NCBI GenBank assembly: GCA_002269645.1
Contig: NIVC01002350.1
Location: 62,001 to 126,000, forward strand
Length of the DNA: 64,000 bases
DNA from: Macrostomum lignano
Lineage: Eukaryota
Direction: 5' to 3'
Shown here piece by piece: positions 50,306 through 64,000 of the stretch. Numbering within the stretch: position 1 is the first letter of the stretch; each line of letters opens with the position of its first letter. The notes under the pieces were generated by a model. It had not been told where the DNA came from and did no database searches. It saw nothing but the letters and a program-made list of their open reading frames with translations. The position numbers and the translations under genes are program-made.

Positions 50306-50734
50306 AGTCTCTCTCTCTCCCAGTTTCTCTATTTCAGTTTCTCTCTCCCAGATTCTCTCTCCCAGATTCTCTCTCCCAGATTCTCTCTCCCAGTTTCTCT
50401 CTCTCAGTTTCTCTCTCCCAGATTCTCTCTCCCAGTCTCTCTCCCAGATTCTCTCTCCCAGATTCTCTCTCCCAGATTCTCTCTCCCAGTCTCTATCCCA
50501 GTCTCTCTCCCAGATTCTCTCTCCCAGATTCTCTCTCCCAGTTTCTCTCTCTCAGTTTCTCTCTCCCAGATTCTCTCTCCCAGTCTCTCTCCCAGATTCT
50601 CTCTCCCAGATTCTCTCTCCCAGATTCTCTCTCCCAGTCTCTATCCCAGTCTCTCTCCCAGATTCTCTCTTCCAGTCTCTCCCCCAGATTCTCTCTCCCA
50701 GTCTCTCTCTCCCAGATTCTCTCTCCCGTCTCTT

Positions 50735-50811
<77 letters not shown>

Positions 50812-50923
50812 TGCCCTAACGAAGAAATATAATAATTTCGTAATATCGGCAATTCAATTAAACTGACTTTCTTCAGTCCTTTCTACCATTACCGTGCGAG
50901 TGCCTGAGATTGGAGGTGCCCTC

Positions 50924-51010
<87 letters not shown>
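50220..51010. repeat. (CT)n microsatellites and a 14-bp CCCAGATTCTCTCT minisatellite
   Basis: Seen directly. The RERE and SLSL ORFs are artefacts. Confidence 0.95.
50811..50852 (+). ncRNA. Second, core-mutated hammerhead motif
   Basis: Stem I TTGCC/GGCAA, mutated core CTAACGA plus A, stem II GAAAT/ATTTC, mutated GTAA, then TATC. Homologous to 50128-50166. Confidence 0.45.
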
Positions 51011-51012
<2 letters not shown>

Positions 51013-51534
51013 TAGTTTCTTTTTTAGTTTCTCTCTCAGTTTCTCTCCCCACTTGTCCCTCCCCGTTCCTCTCTCCTTTGAACTGACAAGCATCGCTTAT
51101 GCACTATAGCTGAATTGTTTCTGCTGCAAGGTTTCTTGCAGCTGCTGCTTTGAATGGCGGTCTTTTGCAATAATGTAATTTGCTTTTTACCTGTGCATTT
51201 TGTTCCCCACCTGTTACCAATTTGTAAGGATGGGACTCCCCGCCGTCCTATATGCGTTGCGTCTATTGACTTGACTGGCTCTGACGATGCTAAAGTGAGT
51301 GATTGAGCGATTTAGAAGAGTGATTGTTTAAGGGGTTTGTTTAAGAGGTAAAAGACTGCTGTGCTGGTAAATACTCTCTAATAACTCCGCTAAGGATGAG
51401 GGTATGCAAAGGTTGGTAAGAGAAAGCCTCAATCCCCCACGCTCTGAGGACTGAATGAATGATGAATGAAAGAATGAATGCACGAATAAATGAATGAATG
51501 ATGAATGAAACAATGAATGAATAAATGAGTTAAT

Positions 51535-53575
<2,041 letters not shown>

Positions 53576-54157
53576 TGTGGCGGATCAGTCAATCGGGATC
53601 CGGGATAATGCGTAGAAGAGAGTGCCAGTCACTGGCAATTAATTTAATTGGGAGTCGTAAAATATTAATCAGAGGTAATTGTTTTTGCCACTCGAAAAAA
53701 TTCCTAAAAATGACTGGATTCTCATTTTCGCAGACTGCAAATTGAAGCTCGTAAATTGGCTGTGGTCAATAGATTCTCACTGATAACTCACAATGCTGGA
53801 TTGCTGATTTTTAATGCCTTAGACAAAGTCTCGTCTTGTGAAGGAAATCGAAAAGGCCGAATTTGAGCAGTCTGGGAATCAGGACGCGCAGTCGAGGGAC
53901 ACAGGAGAAGTTTCACGTCGTCCTTAATTTTTTAACGAAAAGCTTGAAATGTTAGAAAAAAGGGTAAAGCGGAGGCGGGTTTTCTTAGAAACGCTGAGTC
54001 GAGTCAAATAACCGGCCTGATGCGGGCTGGCACGCATAGACTGGGGCAGAGACAGAGAATTCAATGACTGCTCTCGTGCTCCTTTTTCTTTCAAAGGCAG
54101 CCAAGTCAGGCCAATACAGAAAGCTGGCTTTGATCTGTAACAGCGGAATGAAGGATC

Positions 54158-54651
<494 letters not shown>

Positions 54652-54976
54652 TCATTGAATTGTGCAAAGCCAGCGTGTTTCCGCAAGTGACATTTGCTGC
54701 ATAATACACATTTGGCAATATCCGGGGTCTCACAGATGACGAGGAGTGTTGCACGCACTTTATGCATCGATCGATCTACATTTACTTATTGCCTTTCTAC
54801 TCTGTTACTGAGATAAACTTTCCAGACTTCCAGTCCCAAAAGTCTGAATATTGAAGTGTTGCTTTCATACTATAGTTCTATTTGATTCGCCACAATTGAT
54901 CACTATCGTTCGTGCTGTAACATGAAAGGCATGCTCTGGAAATTCTACTTTGTCGGCTAGAGAAATGAAGCTAACA

Positions 54977-57900
54977 TACTCGTAGCATAGCAGTCTAGGG
55001 AACAGACTCGTAGCATAGCAGTCTAGGGAACATACTCGTAGCATAGCAGTCTAGGGAACAGACTCGTAGCATAGCAGTCTAGGGAACAGACTCGTAGCAT
55101 AGCAGTCTAGGGAACAGACTCGTAGCATAGCAGTCTAGGGAACATACTCGTAGCATAGCAGTCTAGGGAACATACTCGTAGCATAGCAGTCTAGGGAACA
55201 GACTCGTAGCATAGCAGTCTAGGGAACATACTCGTAGCATAGCAGTCTAGGGAACAGACTCGTAGCATAGTGCAGTCTAGGGAACAGACTCGTAGCATAG
55301 CAGTCTAGGGAACAGACTCGTAGCATAGTGCAGTCTAGGGAACAGACTCGTAGCATAGCAGTCTAGGGAACAGACTCGTAGCATAGCAGTCTAGGGAACA
55401 TACTCGTAGCATAGCAGTCTAGGGAACAGACTCGTAGCATAGCAGTCTAGGGAACATACTCGTAGCATAGCAGTCTAGGGAACATACTCGTAGCATAGCA
55501 GTCTAGGGAACATACTCGTAGCATAGCAGTCTAGGGAACAGACTCGTAGCATAGTGCAGTCTAGGGAACATACTCGTAGCATAGCAGTCTAGGGAACATA
55601 CTCGTAGCATAGCAGTCTAGGGAACAGACTCGTAGCATAGTGCAGTCTAGGGAACAGACTCGTAGCATAGCAGTCTAGGGAACAGACTCGTAGCATAGCA
55701 GTCTAGGGAACAGACTCGTAGCATAGCAGTCTAGGGAACAGACTCGTAGCATAGCAGTCTAGGGAACAGACTCGTAGCATAGCAGTCTAGGGAACATACT
55801 CGTAGCATAGCAGTCTAGGGAACATACTCGTAGCATAGCAGTCTAGGGAACAGACTCGTAGCATAGTGCAGTCTAGGGAACAGACTCGTAGCATAGCAGT
55901 CTAGGGAACATACTCGTAGCATAGCAGTCTAGGGAACAGACTCGTAGCATAGCAGTCTAGGGAACAGACTCGTAGCATAGCAGTCTAGGGAACAGACTCG
56001 TAGCATAGCAGTCTAGGGAACATACTCGTAGCATAGCAGTCTAGGGAACATACTCGTAGCATAGCAGTCTAGGGAACAGACTCGTAGCATAGTGCAGTCT
56101 AGGGAACAGACTCGTAGCATAGCAGTCTAGGGAACATACTCGTAGCATAGCAGTCTAGGGAACATACTCGTAGCATAGTGCAGTCTAGGGAACAGACTCG
56201 TAGCATAGCAGTCTAGGGAACATACTCGTAGCATAGCAGTCTAGGGAACAGACTCGTAGCATAGCAGTCTAGGGAACAGACTCGTAGCATAGCAGTCTAG
56301 GGAACAGACTCGTAGCATAGCAGTCTAGGGAACAGACTCGTAGCATAGCAGTCTAGGGAACAGACTCGTAGCATAGCAGTCTAGGGAACAGACTCGTAGC
56401 ATAGCAGTCTAGGGAACAGACTCGTAGCATAGCAGTCTAGGGAAAAGACTCGTAGCATAGCAGTCTAGGGAACAGACTCGTAGCATAGCAGTCTAGGGAA
56501 CAGACTCGTAGCATAGTGCAGTCTAGGGAACAGACTCGTAGCATAGCAGTCTAGGGAACAGACTCGTAGCATAGCAGTCTAGGGAACAGACTCGTAGCAT
56601 AGCAGTCTAGGGAACAGACTCGTAGCATAGCAGTCTAGGGAACATACTCGTAGCATAGCAGTCTAGGGAACAGACTCGTAGCATAGCAGTCTAGGGAACA
56701 GACTCGTAGCATAGCAGTCTAGGGAACAGACTCGTAGCATAGCAGTCTAGGGAACAGACTCGTAGCATAGCAGTCTAGGGAACAGACTCGTAGCATAGCA
56801 GTCTAGGGAACATACTCGTAGCATAGCAGTCTAGGGAACATACTCGTAGCATAGCAGTCTAGGGAACAGACTCGTAGCATAGTGCAGTCTAGGGAACAGA
56901 CTCGTAGCATAGCAGTCTAGGGAACAGACTCGTAGCATAGTGCAGTCTAGGGAACAGACTCGTAGCATAGCAGTCTAGGGAACAGACTCGTAGCATAGCA
57001 GTCTAGGGAACATACTCGTAGCATAGCAGTCTAGGGAACAGACTCGTAGCATAGCAGTCTAGGGAACATACTCGTAGCATAGCAGTCTAGGGAACATACT
57101 CGTAGCATAGCAGTCTAGGGAACATACTCGTAGCATAGCAGTCTAGGGAACAGACTCGTAGCATAGTGCAGTCTAGGGAACAGACTCGTAGCATAGCAGT
57201 CTAGGGAACATACTCGTAGCATAGCAGTCTAGGGAACATACTCGTAGCATAGTGCAGTCTAGGGAACAGACTCGTAGCATAGCAGTCTAGGGAACAGACT
57301 CGTAGCATAGCAGTCTAGGGAACAGACTCGTAGCATAGCAGTCTAGGGAACAGACTCGTAGCATAGCAGTCTAGGGAACAGACTCGTAGCATAGCAGTCT
57401 AGGGAACAGACTCGTAGCATAGCAGTCTAGGGAACATACTCGTAGCATAGCAGTCTAGGGAACAGACTCGTAGCATAGTGCAGTCTAGGGAACAGACTCG
57501 TAGCATAGCAGTCTAGGGAACATACTCGTAGCATAGCAGTCTAGGGAACATACTCGTAGCATAGTGCAGTCTAGGGAACAGACTCGTAGCATAGCAGTCT
57601 AGGGAACATACTCGTAGCATAGCAGTCTAGGGAACAGACTCGTAGCATAGCAGTCTAGGGAACAGACTCGTAGCATAGCAGTCTAGGGAACAGACTCGTA
57701 GCATAGCAGTCTAGGGAACAGACTCGTAGCATAGCAGTCTAGGGAACAGACTCGTAGCATAGCAGTCTAGGGAACAGACTCGTAGCATAGCAGTCTAGGG
57801 AACAGACTCGTAGCATAGCAGTCTAGGGAACAGACTCGTAGCATAGCAGTCTAGGGAAAAGACTCGTAGCATAGCAGTCTAGGGAACAGACTCGTAGCAT

Positions 57901-58266
57901 AGCAGTCTAGGGAACAGACTCGTAGCATAGTGCAGTCTAGGGAACAGACTCGTAGCATAGCAGTCTAGGGAACAGACTCGTAGCATAGCAGTCTAGGGAA
58001 CAGACTCGTAGCATAGCAGTCTAGGGAACAGACTCGTAGCATAGCAGTCTAGGGAACATACTCGTAGCATAGCAGTCTAGGGAACAGACTCGTAGCATAG
58101 CAGTCTAGGGAACAGACTCGTAGCATAGCAGTCTAGGGAACAGACTCGTAGCATAGCAGTCTAGGGAACAGACTCGTAGCATAGCAGTCTAGGGAACAGA
58201 CTCGTAGCATAGCAGTCTAGGGAACAGACTCGTAGCATAGTGCAGTCTAGGGAACAGACTCGTAGC
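54977..58266. repeat. 28-bp minisatellite (ACTCGTAGCATAGCAGTCTAGGGAACAK), ~3.3 kb
   Basis: Very homogeneous units with few variants: G/T at cagact/catact, a 2-bp TG insertion, and a rare ggaaaag. Confidence 0.98.
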
Positions 58267-60827
58267 TGAACAAGACTGTAGATGATTTAATTAATCTTCT
58301 AAAAAGTTTTTAATAGAATTTTTCCTACAGAAGTTTGCAGAGACTGCGACTGAGACATCTCATTGGATTTTCTTCTTGTTCCTTGCAATTTCCCTTGGGA
58401 GGGCAGGTGGGGTGGGGGTTTCATTTAGTGAGCCAAATCCCGTGATGCGACAGATTTTTCTCAGACTAGTTGCGAATCTGGAGAGGATTAAATTTCCTAA
58501 ACGAAAATTTTGGAAATGATTTAATTTATAAGTCAATCTGCGTGAGATGCCAGAGGAGAACTCTTTCGAATTCACGCGACAACTTCGAGTACATACGCGA
58601 ATGCTATTGCCACATTTAAATTACTGCCAAAGCTCGTGAAGTGACACGAACTTGTTCTATTTTTGGTCAAGTATAAGAAAATCTGCATCATTAATTATGG
58701 AATTATTGTGTGCTAGGAGTCTACAGATACTGTCTCTTAATACTCATTCATAGTCGCTAACTTGGTAATACTCCCTGCTCAACCTCTGCTCCTGATAACG
58801 ACTCGTGTGCCCTCCCCCCCCCCAACTACTACTGCGGATACGAGCAGCCGTGATTTACGACCTCCTGCAGTGCGCCTACCAGCGCCCGTCTGTCTACACG
58901 CTCATAATTTCCCCCCAACCCGCGAGCCAGCCGCCCAACCTACTCATGCAGTGTCCTGCGGCCACCAACTTGACTCCACCACAAGCTGTCCGGACTCTTG
59001 GCTAAGTAATTCGTAGCGCAGATGGGGGCGAGCAGCATGTACCATGTACGAATGAATGAGAGGAGAGAAGCAAGGAAGAGCAGAGCTTGCAGAGCCGACC
59101 TCATTTCTGGTCTCATGGGGGCGGAGCTGCGGCTAATCGTCTCTCCAGCTTCCAGAAATCTGACAGTGTTTTTTATTCTTCATCTTTTTTTCATCTGATT
59201 TTGCTGCTCAACGCTGAAGATGTCAAAGACACACACAGGCTGTTATAATGGACCCGACAGCCAAAGCATAGCTGTAGCTTTATTGTGTTATTTCATCATT
59301 TCGCACAATATATGAAACGCAGAAGCATAGAAAGCGGAACCAGATTAACAATTTCTTCATCGGGATAATGGCACCCAGGAAACGTTTCGGAAGCATGTAA
59401 AATCCCGCAGGGCATTTTTAATTCATGGCTTGCTAATATGATTTTTGGCGGCATAAATTCTTTATAAGCATACAGCCTACTGGTAGTAGAGTTAATACTA
59501 ACGGCAAATAAATCCAATGTATTTTAAAATTCGATCAAATTCATTCAATCCGAACTCGCAAGCTCATGGACAGCCACGAGACGGTGGACTGCCAATTTTG
59601 CTGCTGACCAGGTTTTTGTTGCAAAATGCATTAGCAAGAGATAGAGAGTTTGCAGCTCTTTAGCACTGAACTAGCATATAACTTTTGACCTTGTACAGTC
59701 ACTCTTGTGAAGAAAAATGATGCTTAAAACAAAACAGCATCCGTCCTGAAAGCCAGCTATCTGGGCTAAGATATCAGCATCCTTTGATCTTCGGCATCAA
59801 AGCCTCCCTTTAAGCCACGGCTTAGCCCTAACTTTCTCTCTTTGATGCTTGGCCTACTAACAACTTCCAATTGACCCTTGACATCTCAGCAAAACCCCTT
59901 CATGAGCCACAGTATTTCAGCAATTTTTCCATGAGTCTTTTTACATCTCAGTTGTTTTGCATGCCGAAGCAGCGTATATCGAGATGCATGATCGATAATG
60001 ACTGGTGAGCAGCTTCCAAGGAGGAAGAGACAGGAGACATTTGGATCACTGAATCAGTGACAGTGACTGTTTTATGTTTTTTAGCTTGCTTTTTTGTCGT
60101 CTTTTTACTTTAGTTGTCAAGACAGAGAATATCTATTATAGAACTTGTCCTTAGTACAATAGTACCTGCGAGTAGACTTACGTATATAGCACTGCTTCTT
60201 CTAATTCCTAACCCTAGCATGCTCCACAAATTCGAACAGATTTCTTACTACACACACGTAAATTTTATTTCAGAGACCCATGGCAACTGTGTGAAGCCAC
60301 CTCTGTTTCATTCTCAATTATGTATAGACTCAGCCAAAAATACACTTGCAGAGCTTCGCGGGCTTTTTTTCACTGGTTTAATAGCATTTTAATACCCTGC
60401 AGCAAAGATGCGCTAAATATGAAAATATTCGAGTGCAGAACTTGCAGAAGCAAGTATAGTGCTAGTGGGGCGGATAGGAGCGACTGAGAGAGTCTTGCAA
60501 AAGACCGCACTATAGCCAATCAATTTGAGCACAAAGCGGGGCTGCGCACTCATGAGCACAGTTTGAAGCAGGCCCCTCTCTCCCTGATCTCTTCTCTTTC
60601 CCATTGCCTGCTTGTTGTAGGCGTGCCCGTACAGCCTGACTGTCAGTCTGTCCTCTGCAGGTAAACCCGCTTCTCTCTTTATCTTGCAGCAGCCCCGCAC
60701 TTGAGCGTGATGCTATTTATGCAGTCTCTACGCGTTCTATTTGATCTATAGCAACAAAAGCGAGACCATAGCTACATAGCGACGCAACTGCGCCAGTGTA
60801 AAATTGCACCATTGATAAGTAATTCCG

Positions 60828-62027
60828 ATGTCTTCAGACGAAGAGACCGCCGCCGTGCCCAGCTACCAGCAGGAGTATCGACGACAGCTCGAGCAAGCGG
60901 ATGCAGATGACGAGCGGGACGCTACGCTCAATCCGGGCGCCGGACTGCTGACGGAACGGTCCGTTGACAGCAACTGGGACGACAATCGCACCGACACTAC
61001 CGCTCTGGACGGTGATGAAACTGGCGGAGAATGGGACTGCTTCCAACGGCTAATGCTGCCGCCAGTTGAGGCTGAGGATCTGATTCGACCGAGTCGACAG
61101 GGACCAGACAGGCAGATGTCAACTGGCGAGCGCAAGCCGCGACGCTTTGCGATCTGCCACAGCCAGACTGGCTTCGCCAACGCTGGGCCGCTGCTGAAAC
61201 GGCAGGACAGCGCTGGCTCGCCGCCATTGTCTTCCCTTCTGTTAGTCAAGTACTATGACACGCACGACCGACTGGGCGTATTCGATGGACACGAAGGATC
61301 GCATCACGGCGATCAGTGCCTGAATCTGGAGCCCGGCAGCCAGTTTGTCGATCTGTGCGTCAGCAATCGCTACAAAATGGTGTACCTGGTGGACCAAGAG
61401 AATAACCGGATTTACGGTGTGAACCTTACGGGTCAACTGCAGTTCATCATTGCAAAGCGCTTGTCTTCACCGCTAGCTGCCTGTATGGATGATCGGCACT
61501 CCATGCTGTTCGTACTTCAGCGTCGGAAGGTGCGCCTGTTCCAGGTGAACCAGCCCACTGATGAGCAGCGGCGCGGCCGACGGCAGAGACACTACAAATA
61601 CATTGGAAGCATCAAGTCGAATGACTTCCGCAATTTGGCTTCCGCTGATGTGCACGACGGTCGACTCTGGCTAGCGGATAGCCAGGCAGATCAGGTGCAC
61701 GTGTACGCTTACCGTGACACGGGAATGGAGCCTGTGCACATTATCAGCCTGCAGAATCCGATCTGCGTCAGTCTGGACGCCAGTGGCAGCGCTTTCATCG
61801 CTTCCGGAGAGCCGCTGCACCAAATTAGCGTGTACGAACCCGAGGGGACTCTCGTTGGTAGCTTTGGTGGCTGGGGTTCAAAGCCTGGAAGCATGAAACT
61901 GCCGATTGGAGTCTGCGCCTACCAGCTCAGCCACCTGGTCGACAAGCGAATGGTGGCTGTCTGTTGCTTCGGCGAGCACAAAGTCCGCATGTACGCTCTG
62001 AAGAATTTGGACACGAGTGTCATTTAA
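60828..62027 (+). CDS. Intronless NHL-repeat / six-bladed beta-propeller protein, 399 aa
   Basis: Single long ORF with NHL-type blades (VYLVDQENNRIYGVNLTGQ, LWLADSQADQVHVY, QISVYEPEGTLVGSFGGWGSKPGSMKLPIGVC) after an acidic low-complexity N-terminus. AATAAA at ~62222. Confidence 0.85.
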   Translation: MSSDEETAAVPSYQQEYRRQLEQADADDERDATLNPGAGLLTERSVDSNWDDNRTDTTALDGDETGGEWDCFQRLMLPPVEAEDLIRPSRQGPDRQMSTGERKPRRFAICHSQTGFANAGPLLKRQDSAGSPPLSSLLLVKYYDTHDRLGVFDGHEGSHHGDQCLNLEPGSQFVDLCVSNRYKMVYLVDQENNRIYGVNLTGQLQFIIAKRLSSPLAACMDDRHSMLFVLQRRKVRLFQVNQPTDEQRRGRRQRHYKYIGSIKSNDFRNLASADVHDGRLWLADSQADQVHVYAYRDTGMEPVHIISLQNPICVSLDASGSAFIASGEPLHQISVYEPEGTLVGSFGGWGSKPGSMKLPIGVCAYQLSHLVDKRMVAVCCFGEHKVRMYALKNLDTSVI

Positions 62028-63109
62028 GCACCTGACCCTAAAACGTTACTAAATTTACCGTTTCTTGCGCCCTAATTTCAAAAATACTTTATGTATCTAA
62101 CCAAGGACTACATGTACTCATTTACATTAGTCGTCCTTGTATCTTCAATTCAACAAAAAAGCTAAGATGACAAAAAAGCGACTATTTGTACAATATGTAC
62201 TGGCGTGATGCATTTGATTTGAATAAATATACATGCAGAATTGCATGGCTGTTCGACGCTTCGAAGATTTTTCTGAGAATGATCTTTGTAATATCGGGTG
62301 TTTTCAACTGAAAATCAATTTAGTATCTGCCTTAATTAGATTTTTATTACACGTGTACGTGTAAAATAGTTACTACGAGCTATGTTAAGCTCATAAGAAA
62401 AATGAGCTGAATACCTAAAAAACTACACAACATAATTACCGTATTGAGATTCTCATAAAACCTGCATAGCATTAATGGGATCTCAAAATGTTTTATCGAC
62501 CCGGTAAAAAGATTGTTCAGCTTTATTTCCTGATACATTGCCCATTATGAGCACACGTATAGTCGACAATTTCCCGCGACAACGGCCCTGTTCGATTCGC
62601 CCAGGCGTTGCGTCAGGGCGGCGCCAAAGCCGAAATATTATTTATATTTAAATGCATATAATAACGGTTTAGACTGGATGGTCTGTATGTATGCAATATT
62701 TTATTCATGTATCTAATTATATAATATTGTTATAATTAATTTATATATTAATTAATATATAATGTATGGTACATATATAATAATAAAATATATAATATAT
62801 CTAATTTGATTTATATATAACTAAACATTAAAATTGCCTATTTGTTGCATAGGAAAATTCTGCATTGATATATATACGTCCCAACATACTCAAATATACG
62901 ATCGTATATTCGAGTTGCCAGCCGTCTAGGAGGAGATCCGCGTTAAACCCGGCCGGCCGATCCACTCAATTGTAGATATAACGAGGCCAACTGATCCTCC
63001 GTTGGAGGAGTAAGGGGATAGAACTCCCATCGCCAGAATTTCATTCCCTGAAATCCATCAGCTGAATCCCATGACCCGAATCCCATCTTCCAAATCTTCT
63101 ATGAAACCT

Positions 63110-63420
63110 CTCAAATTCTTTTCTCTCCTCTCTGCTCTCTCATCTCTCTACTCCCTCCCCTCTCCTCTCTTACTTCTACTCTCGCTTCTCTCTCTCTCTC
63201 TCTCTCTTTTTCATCTCTCACCTTTCCTCTCTCCTCTTCTCTCTACTCTCTCCTCTCCTTTCTTCCCTCTACATTCTCTTCTCTTCTCTTCTCTCTCCCT
63301 CTTTATTCCCGCCTCGATCCCCTCTTCTCTCACCTCTGTCATCTTTAATCTCTCCTCTCTTATATCTACTTTCTTTTCTATAATCTCTCCTCTCATCTCT
63401 CAGCTACTCTCTTATCTGAC
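63110..63420. repeat. Degenerate CT-rich low-complexity tract
   Basis: Decayed (CT)n. The ORFs 63071..63427 and 63211..63396 are artefacts. Confidence 0.85.
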
Positions 63421-64000
63421 TGACTGAAGGCACCGATAATAAAACCAACTGAAATTTGTCACCCGCCTCCTCTATTATTGAAATTACTCAAACGATAAGC
63501 TGTCTTGAACGCTTGTACGCAACCCCTCAACTTTATCTGACTCTGACCTATCGCAAAAATAACTACAATCTTCGCAGAAAGTTTGAAAAGCATGGAAATC
63601 GTTTTTTCAATGCTGTGCTTTTTGTTTTCATATTTAAAGCAAATAACTTATATCCCCAAACTCAAGCGTTGCAAGATCTTTCCAGCAAAATAATTCTGTC
63701 CTCTCAAAGTTTAAAACTCGAGGAACAGTCAGCGTTTGAACTTCCAGATTTAAAGCATTGAAGTATCGAGTGTACATTCACTCATTTCACTGCCTGCTAA
63801 AAGAGGCTCACAAGTTTATTCATTGAATTTCACTGCCCATCAAATACACAGGGCTGCCTGTTTAAAGGCGCCGATAATAAAACTAATTGAATCTCGGCAC
63901 AGTCCTATCGAAGCCTCTGTTTACACTGAAGTGCATGTCCTATAGAAGGAGCGAATTTCATTTCTAGCTCCTAACTCCTATAGTTAAGATTTCAAGGGCA

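Noticed and set aside
58762-60700. Short ORFs upstream of the NHL gene
   Set aside because: No recognisable domains and no consistent splice chain. The apparent 41-nt exon near 60620-60660 would need an implausibly short ~30-nt intron.
62585-62640. tRNA or SINE B-box (GTTCGATTC)
   Set aside because: There is no T-stem pairing, A-box or cloverleaf.

Overview
This is eukaryotic (animal) genomic DNA with GC-rich exons and many mini- and microsatellites, not a prokaryotic locus. The style resembles the flatworm Macrostomum lignano, but that is inference only. Positions 1450-21793 are one ~9.7 kb segment present twice around a 1000-N gap, most likely an unmerged contig overlap. Three same-strand (minus) spliced genes lie close together: SUCLG1, an unknown coiled-coil gene whose first exon has no in-frame ATG at its acceptor, and RPAP2/Rtr1. 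They are a candidate spliced-leader trans-spliced operon. Upstream of SUCLG1 an intact Tc1/mariner transposon (maT-like, DD39D spacing, 26-bp TIRs, TA TSD) sits inside a ~2.6 kb AT-rich tract that is almost free of CpG. Further right are a two-exon divergent class A GPCR, an internally deleted Penelope-like retroelement followed by two minimal hammerhead-ribozyme motifs, large tetranucleotide and 28-bp arrays, and an intronless NHL-repeat beta-propeller gene. Most long ORFs in the supplied track are translations of tandem repeats or of the N gap. No CRISPR array, tRNA or rRNA was found.
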